A stretch of 64,000 bases of DNA from a bacterium (GTDB lineage: Bacteria > Bacteroidota > Ignavibacteria > Kapaibacteriales > Kapaibacteriaceae). Below are positions 59,213 to 64,000 of the stretch, in pieces (the stretch's first letter is position 1; each line of letters begins with the position of its first letter). The stretch covers positions 37,677 through 101,676 of the forward strand of contig DAITNB010000005.1 of NCBI GenBank assembly GCA_036834845.1, written 5' to 3'. The notes below the pieces were generated by a model. The model saw only the letters and a list, made by a program, of their open reading frames with translations. It made no database searches and was not told the DNA's origin. The position numbers and the translations under genes are program-made.

Positions 59213-59974
59213 ATGGAAAATACTCGGCCACTTGCGGTAGTAATTCTTGCTGCCGGACAGGGCAAGCGTATGGGTAACCCAGCGCAAGCCAAGGTTTTAG
59301 CAGATCTCAATGGCAAGCCCCTTCTGGGCTACGTTTTAGAACAATCCTCCCGGCTGCTTGCCACTACCACGGTTGTGATAGTTGGCCATCAGCGCGAAGC
59401 CGTTGCCGGCTTTGTGGCGCAAGCATACCCACAAGCAGTGTGTGTAGTGCAAGACAAACAGCTTGGAACCGGGCATGCCGTGATGCAAACCGCCCCCTTC
59501 CTTGCACACACCGATACAGATGTACTTATCCTGAGCGGAGATGTGCCCCTTTTAAAACACACATCCTTGGAGGGATTATTGTCCCACCATCGGTCTACCC
59601 GTGCGGTGGCCACTGTTGTAACAGCCAACGTTCCCAACCCCTTTGGGTATGGACGCATCCTAAAGGACGCACAGGGCAAACTGGTAGCCATTGTAGAGCA
59701 TAAGGACGCTACTGAAGAACAACGCGAAATCTCGGAGATTAACTCCGGGATTTATCTGGTTCGGAGCGAGGCGCTCTATCCGGCATTAGAGCGTGTGGGC
59801 AACACCAACGCACAGGGAGAATTCTACCTAACAGACATTGTAGGAATACTCCAAAAGGATAACAACCACATAGAGTCTTGGTGCGTGCCCCATTGGGAAG
59901 AGGTTCACGGCATTAATACCGTGGACGACCTACAACGTGCCTGGGAGATATTGGAACAACGGAGCGCAACATGA
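59213..59974 (+). CDS. Sugar-phosphate nucleotidyltransferase, GlmU N-terminal-domain-like (no acetyltransferase LbH domain)
   Basis: The N-terminus is AVVILAAGQGKRM with KVL...GKP. The length is 253 aa. Confidence 0.75.
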   Translation: MENTRPLAVVILAAGQGKRMGNPAQAKVLADLNGKPLLGYVLEQSSRLLATTTVVIVGHQREAVAGFVAQAYPQAVCVVQDKQLGTGHAVMQTAPFLAHTDTDVLILSGDVPLLKHTSLEGLLSHHRSTRAVATVVTANVPNPFGYGRILKDAQGKLVAIVEHKDATEEQREISEINSGIYLVRSEALYPALERVGNTNAQGEFYLTDIVGILQKDNNHIESWCVPHWEEVHGINTVDDLQRAWEILEQRSAT

Positions 59975-60372
59975 TAGAAGCAGTAGACCACATTGGCATT
60001 GCCGTAGCGAACCTCGACGCAAGCATGGATCTCTACAGAAAGATCTTTGGCGTTGCTGCATTTCATCGCGAAACTGTTGCGGATCAGGGAGTAGAGATTG
60101 CCTCTTTTCAGCTTCAAGGTGTGCGTATAGAGCTTACTGCGCCCCTATCGGAAACATCTCCCATCGCTGGTTTTCTTGCCAAGCGAGGCGAAGGGATTCA
60201 CCACGTTGCGTTTCGCACAAACACAATAACCGAAGATCTTGCTCGCGTGGGGGATGCTGGGATACAGCTCATCAACTCTACGCCGCAGCCCGGCGCTCAC
60301 AACATGCTCATTGCATTTCTTCATCCAAAATCAACGGGCGGCGTTCTCATGGAACTCTGTGCCGAACAATAA
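59971..60372 (+). CDS. Methylmalonyl-CoA epimerase (VOC/glyoxalase family)
   Basis: The N-terminus is MIEAVDHIGIAVANLDASMDLY. A HHVAF motif is present. The length is 133 aa. Confidence 0.8.
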   Translation: MIEAVDHIGIAVANLDASMDLYRKIFGVAAFHRETVADQGVEIASFQLQGVRIELTAPLSETSPIAGFLAKRGEGIHHVAFRTNTITEDLARVGDAGIQLINSTPQPGAHNMLIAFLHPKSTGGVLMELCAEQ

Positions 60373-60374
60373 CG

Positions 60375-60995
60375 ATGGCTCAACTCACATTACTCCGACA
60401 TGGTCAGTCGCAATGGAATCTCGAAAACCGTTTCACTGGTTGGGTAGATGTAGATCTTACGCCCAAGGGTGAAGATGAGGCGGTGGCTGCCGGACGCGTT
60501 TTGCAGAATGTGCCGGTAGACGTGCTGTTTACATCCGTGTTAACGCGAGCAATACGCACCGCCGCGTTAGCATGCCAGGCAGCCGGCATAACCGATGTTC
60601 CGGTGGAGCGCAGCGAAGCTCTTAATGAACGCCATTACGGCGATCTTCAAGGTTTGAACAAAACAGAAACCGCAGAACGGTACGGCGCAGAGCAGGTGCA
60701 TCAGTGGCGCAGGTCGTACGATGTACCGCCGCCAAACGGCGAATCACTTGCCGACACGCAGGCACGGGTAGCCCCCTACTACGATTCTGTGATTGCACCA
60801 ATGCTGCGTGAGGGCAAAAATGTTCTGGTGGTTGCCCACGGCAACTCCCTTCGCGCCCTCGTAATGTTTGTTGAACATCTCACGCCAGAACAGATACTTG
60901 CAACCGAGATTGCCACCGGCGTACCAATAACGTATGAACTTGATAAGGACCTACACGTTGTTTCAAAGACCATTCTTAACCCGAGCAATGCGTAA
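60375..60995 (+). CDS. gpmA: 2,3-bisphosphoglycerate-dependent phosphoglycerate mutase
   Basis: The N-terminus LTLLRHGQSQWNLENRFTGWVDVDL contains the catalytic RHG. It is in frame within track ORF 59937..60995, whose upstream part has no homology and overlaps two real genes. Confidence 0.9.
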   Translation: MAQLTLLRHGQSQWNLENRFTGWVDVDLTPKGEDEAVAAGRVLQNVPVDVLFTSVLTRAIRTAALACQAAGITDVPVERSEALNERHYGDLQGLNKTETAERYGAEQVHQWRRSYDVPPPNGESLADTQARVAPYYDSVIAPMLREGKNVLVVAHGNSLRALVMFVEHLTPEQILATEIATGVPITYELDKDLHVVSKTILNPSNA

Positions 60996-62673
60996 TACCA
61001 TCGCAGCGTTTTTCATAGCTCTTGCCATACCGGCAATGTCTCAACAAACAACACCGGTGTTAAGAGCAATGAAAACCGAGCTCGACCGAACAATGAGCAG
61101 CTTGTCTGCAAAAACACCGGCACCCTACTTCCTTTCCTACTCCGTTACCGAAGTATCGTCTACCGTAATTGCGGCCACCATGGGTGCACTGGATGCAGAC
61201 GCAACGTCTATGCGACGAATACTCGATGTAGACCTGCGAGTGGGCTCGTATGACCTAGACAATACGCGGAGTATCCGTGGTGTAGCATTTGAGATGGGGC
61301 GAGGCACTCGTGGTGTTGAAATGCCTCTGGGTAACGACGAGCGCGCACTGCGGAGCGTAATCTGGAATGCAACAGATAAGGCGTATCGTAGCGCAGCAGA
61401 GCGTTATGGAAAGGTGCTCACGAACCGTCAGGTAAAGGTGCGAGAAGAAGACACCTCTGCCGATCTCTCCCGCGAGCGTGCGTGGGTATCGATATCCGAG
61501 CCGCAGCCATTCGAATTCGACACAGCGATGATGAGAGATCGCGTACGTTCTCTTAGCGCAATGTGCGCCGGCATCGAGAATATCCTAACGGGCCGAGTAA
61601 CGTTTCAAGCCGATAGGTTGGTAAAGTATGTTGTGAACAGCGAAGGCACCATGATACAGCAGTCGGAGCCCATCGTAAAGATGTTCATCATCATTAAGTC
61701 GAAGGCCGATGATGGCATGAGTCTTCCGCTCTACGAAAGCTATTCGGCCTACAACGTTAGTAGTCTGCCCTCGAAGAAGTCTATGGAAGAAGACGTGCGC
61801 AGACTGTTGGCTCTCTGCCGCGACCTGCGAAATGCGCCATTGTTAGAAACGTATACCGGACCCGCCATTCTCTCCGGCCGAAGTGCAGGGGTGTTTTTCC
61901 ACGAGATTTTTGGTCACCGCGTAGAAGGTCATCGCCAAAAGGACGTAAACTCCTCACAAACGTTTAAGCCATTCCTCGGCAAACGTATTCTACCGCCGTT
62001 CATCAGTGTTGTGTTCGATCCTACAAAACGTTCTATACAGGGAACAGACATCGTAGGTGCCTATTCTTTTGATGATGAAGGAATGCCCGGACGGCGCGTT
62101 GTTGCGGTAGACAGTGGCGTGTTCCGCAGCTTCTTGATGTCGCGATCGCCCATCGAGAATTTTTCTACGTCCAATGGTCACGGACGCAGACAGGCCGGCT
62201 TTAAAACGGTGTCGCGCCAGTCGAACCTTATTGTTGAAGCGTCTACCACTGTATCGTACGACACTCTGCGAGCCATGCTGCGCCGCGAGTGCAAGAAACA
62301 AGACAAAGAGTTTGGTCTTCTCTTCGAAGATATTCAAGGGGGCTTTACGTTTACTGGCAGAACAGTTCCTAACGCGTTCAATGTTCAGCCACTTGTTGTG
62401 TACAAGGTGTTTGCTGATGGAAGACCCGATGAGCTGATACGTGGCGTTGACCTTATAGGCACTCCACTTACCACATTTAACAACATTATTGCCGCAGCAA
62501 ACGACCTAGGAATCTTCAACGGAGTGTGCGGCGCAGAGTCGGGCGGAGTTCCCGTTAGTGCATGCTCTCCCAGCTTGTTAGTATCAACGATCGAGGTACA
62601 GAAAAAGCAGAAGTCTCAGGCCAAGCCACCATTGCTGCCCGACCCCACCGCACCAAAGAAGGGAGCACAGTAA
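60988..62673 (+). CDS. Secreted TldD/PmbA-family metallopeptidase-like protein
   Basis: The signal peptide is MRNTIAAFFIALAIPAMSQQ. TldD/PmbA-like blocks are present. I place the start at the internal Met, which overlaps the gpmA stop by 8 nt. Confidence 0.65.
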   Translation: MRNTIAAFFIALAIPAMSQQTTPVLRAMKTELDRTMSSLSAKTPAPYFLSYSVTEVSSTVIAATMGALDADATSMRRILDVDLRVGSYDLDNTRSIRGVAFEMGRGTRGVEMPLGNDERALRSVIWNATDKAYRSAAERYGKVLTNRQVKVREEDTSADLSRERAWVSISEPQPFEFDTAMMRDRVRSLSAMCAGIENILTGRVTFQADRLVKYVVNSEGTMIQQSEPIVKMFIIIKSKADDGMSLPLYESYSAYNVSSLPSKKSMEEDVRRLLALCRDLRNAPLLETYTGPAILSGRSAGVFFHEIFGHRVEGHRQKDVNSSQTFKPFLGKRILPPFISVVFDPTKRSIQGTDIVGAYSFDDEGMPGRRVVAVDSGVFRSFLMSRSPIENFSTSNGHGRRQAGFKTVSRQSNLIVEASTTVSYDTLRAMLRRECKKQDKEFGLLFEDIQGGFTFTGRTVPNAFNVQPLVVYKVFADGRPDELIRGVDLIGTPLTTFNNIIAAANDLGIFNGVCGAESGGVPVSACSPSLLVSTIEVQKKQKSQAKPPLLPDPTAPKKGAQ

Positions 62674-64000
62674 TGAAGAATCTCAACCTTGTTCTCTGCG
62701 CTTTTTTGGTGGGCTGCATAACATCTGTTGCGCAGACCTTTAAAACAGACATGGTGTTCGATGCAATGGATGCCGAGATACAGCGATCCATGCGCGAACT
62801 AACGATTGGGGATCTTGCAAGACCCTATCACATTGAGGCGCTACTAAAGGTGCGGCGCGCGGCAACGGCTCATGCTGTGTTAGGTATCGTGGAAGATCGC
62901 GACAGCGGACTCTACCTTTCGCTAAGCGTGCGCGTGCGTGTGGGGACGCCGAAGTTCGACAACACAAATTTCTTTGATGTAAGCTTGGGCTTCTTTGGTT
63001 CTGCTGATGACGAAGAGTCGTACAAGAACCGTCGCATACCATTCGAACTCGATGAAACCACGCTTCGCAGAGAATTGTGGTTGGCACTCGATGCCGCATA
63101 CAAACAGTCTGTTGAAGCGTATGCAAAGAAAGAATCGGCCCTGAAGAACCGAACACGCACAGACACTACGTGGGACTTTGCGTTTCTCCCCGGAAACACC
63201 GTTACTGCCGCTCGCGAGTTACCCCGGCCCAATCAGAAGGCAATAGTAGAGACGGTTGAAAAACTCAGTGCCATCTTCCGGTCGTATCCAACAATCCAAA
63301 CCTCGCGTGTTGGAATGGAAGTTGTTCCGGAAGAGCAGTATTACGTGAACTCCGAAGGACGCCGATTCTACAAAACCGAGTCGTTCACAGGCATAGAGGT
63401 GATAGCTACTACACAAGCAGCCGACGGAATGCCCCTTGCCCAAACGTACGCCGCCTATGCACCTACGCCGCAACAACTGCCAAACATCGACTCGTTGCAG
63501 AGAGCAGTAACCGGTGTAGCAACCCGCTTGGCCGCCATGGTAGATGCGCCACTGATAGAGCCCTACTCCGGTCCGGTGTTGTTTGTAGGAAGCGCTGCCG
63601 CCGGCGTGGTTGGTCAGTTCTTTGCGCCAAACCTTGTTGCGCAGCGTCAGCCCCTTAGCGAAGGAGGATTTAGCACAGGTGATCGCAACAGAGCGTTTCA
63701 GAACAAGATTGGCGCTCGGGTGCTACCGGAGTGGCTAAGTGTTGCAGATGTGCCCTCGAGGGCCAGGGACAATGGCAGACCTGTTGCCGGACATTATGTT
63801 CTCGATGAAGAAGGGCTGCAAGCCGAAGACATTACATTGGTAGACAAAGGGTACCTCAAGACTCTTCTGTCATCCCGTGTGCCTACAAAACGCATTGCCG
63901 CCAGCAACGGTCACCTGCGTGGAGGTGGCGCAATGTTCTCGGTTATCGATGTTACGTGCTCCGATCCCAAGAGAGCTCTTTCTGCAGCCGACCTGAAGAA
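62673..64000 (+). CDS. Second secreted TldD/PmbA-family protein, 3' end outside the window (not in the ORF track because no stop is reached)
   Basis: I translated it by hand and found no stop from 62673 to the window end. The signal peptide is MKNLNLVLCAFLVGCITSVAQ. The ATG overlaps the upstream TAA by 1 nt. Confidence 0.7.
   Translation, partial: MKNLNLVLCAFLVGCITSVAQTFKTDMVFDAMDAEIQRSMRELTIGDLARPYHIEALLKVRRAATAHAVLGIVEDRDSGLYLSLSVRVRVGTPKFDNTNFFDVSLGFFGSADDEESYKNRRIPFELDETTLRRELWLALDAAYKQSVEAYAKKESALKNRTRTDTTWDFAFLPGNTVTAARELPRPNQKAIVETVEKLSAIFRSYPTIQTSRVGMEVVPEEQYYVNSEGRRFYKTESFTGIEVIATTQAADGMPLAQTYAAYAPTPQQLPNIDSLQRAVTGVATRLAAMVDAPLIEPYSGPVLFVGSAAAGVVGQFFAPNLVAQRQPLSEGGFSTGDRNRAFQNKIGARVLPEWLSVADVPSRARDNGRPVAGHYVLDEEGLQAEDITLVDKGYLKTLLSSRVPTKRIAASNGHLRGGGAMFSVIDVTCSDPKRALSAADLK

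Noticed and set aside
59937-60374. The 5' part of the 352-aa ORF 59937..60995, which would fuse a long Arg/Ser/Cys-rich peptide to GpmA
   Set aside because: The upstream 146 codons overlap the GlmU-like and epimerase genes in other frames and have no protein-like composition. GpmA starts at the conserved MAQLTLLRHGQ at 60375.
1-64000. Search for CRISPR arrays, IS elements or transposases, integrases, and phage or toxin-antitoxin modules
   Set aside because: None found. No direct-repeat/spacer array, no transposase or integrase-like ORF, and essentially no non-coding stretch longer than ~280 bp.

Overview
This 64 kb window is a densely coded chromosomal region of moderately high GC. It most likely comes from an FCB-group bacterium (Bacteroidota / Rhodothermota / Chlorobi-like). 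Two large secreted proteins carry Por/T9SS C-terminal sorting domains, and ThyX and a secreted TldD/PmbA-like pair are present. I support about 60 CDS and find no rRNA, tRNA, CRISPR array, IS or phage element. Most genes are housekeeping: ScpAB, alanine racemase, asparaginase, a tyrosine-catabolic aminotransferase + HPPD pair, GDH, cysteine desulfurase, SecA, ThyX, Dtd, ribosomal proteins L9/S6, an S1-domain protein, LysS, CorA, an MsbA-like protein, RlmB, RlmD, kynureninase, PanD and GpmA. The stand-out is a ~12.5 kb uninterrupted minus-strand string (29109 down to 16566) of overlapping or 4-nt-spaced genes, so presumably translationally coupled. It encodes a GT-B (PseG-like) protein, a cytidylyltransferase, a split transketolase, a class-III (GSA-like) aminotransferase, an SDR, a NeuB-family PEP-condensing synthase lacking the SAF domain, a fatty-acid-hydroxylase-superfamily di-iron membrane enzyme, an LpxH-like metallophosphoesterase and a MacAB/DevBCA-type exporter (ATPase, 815-aa double-FtsX permease, HlyD adaptor). 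I read it as a candidate, apparently undescribed pathway for a nucleotide-activated amino-ulosonic acid or glycolipid head group plus lipid modification and export. Other notable items are listed in the findings: a T9SS cargo protein with a CXXCH motif and three Ig-like repeats, rpsF-rplI with no rpsR between them, a fused double-TetR regulator, an orphan two-lipoyl-domain E2, and several strictly abutting convergent genes.
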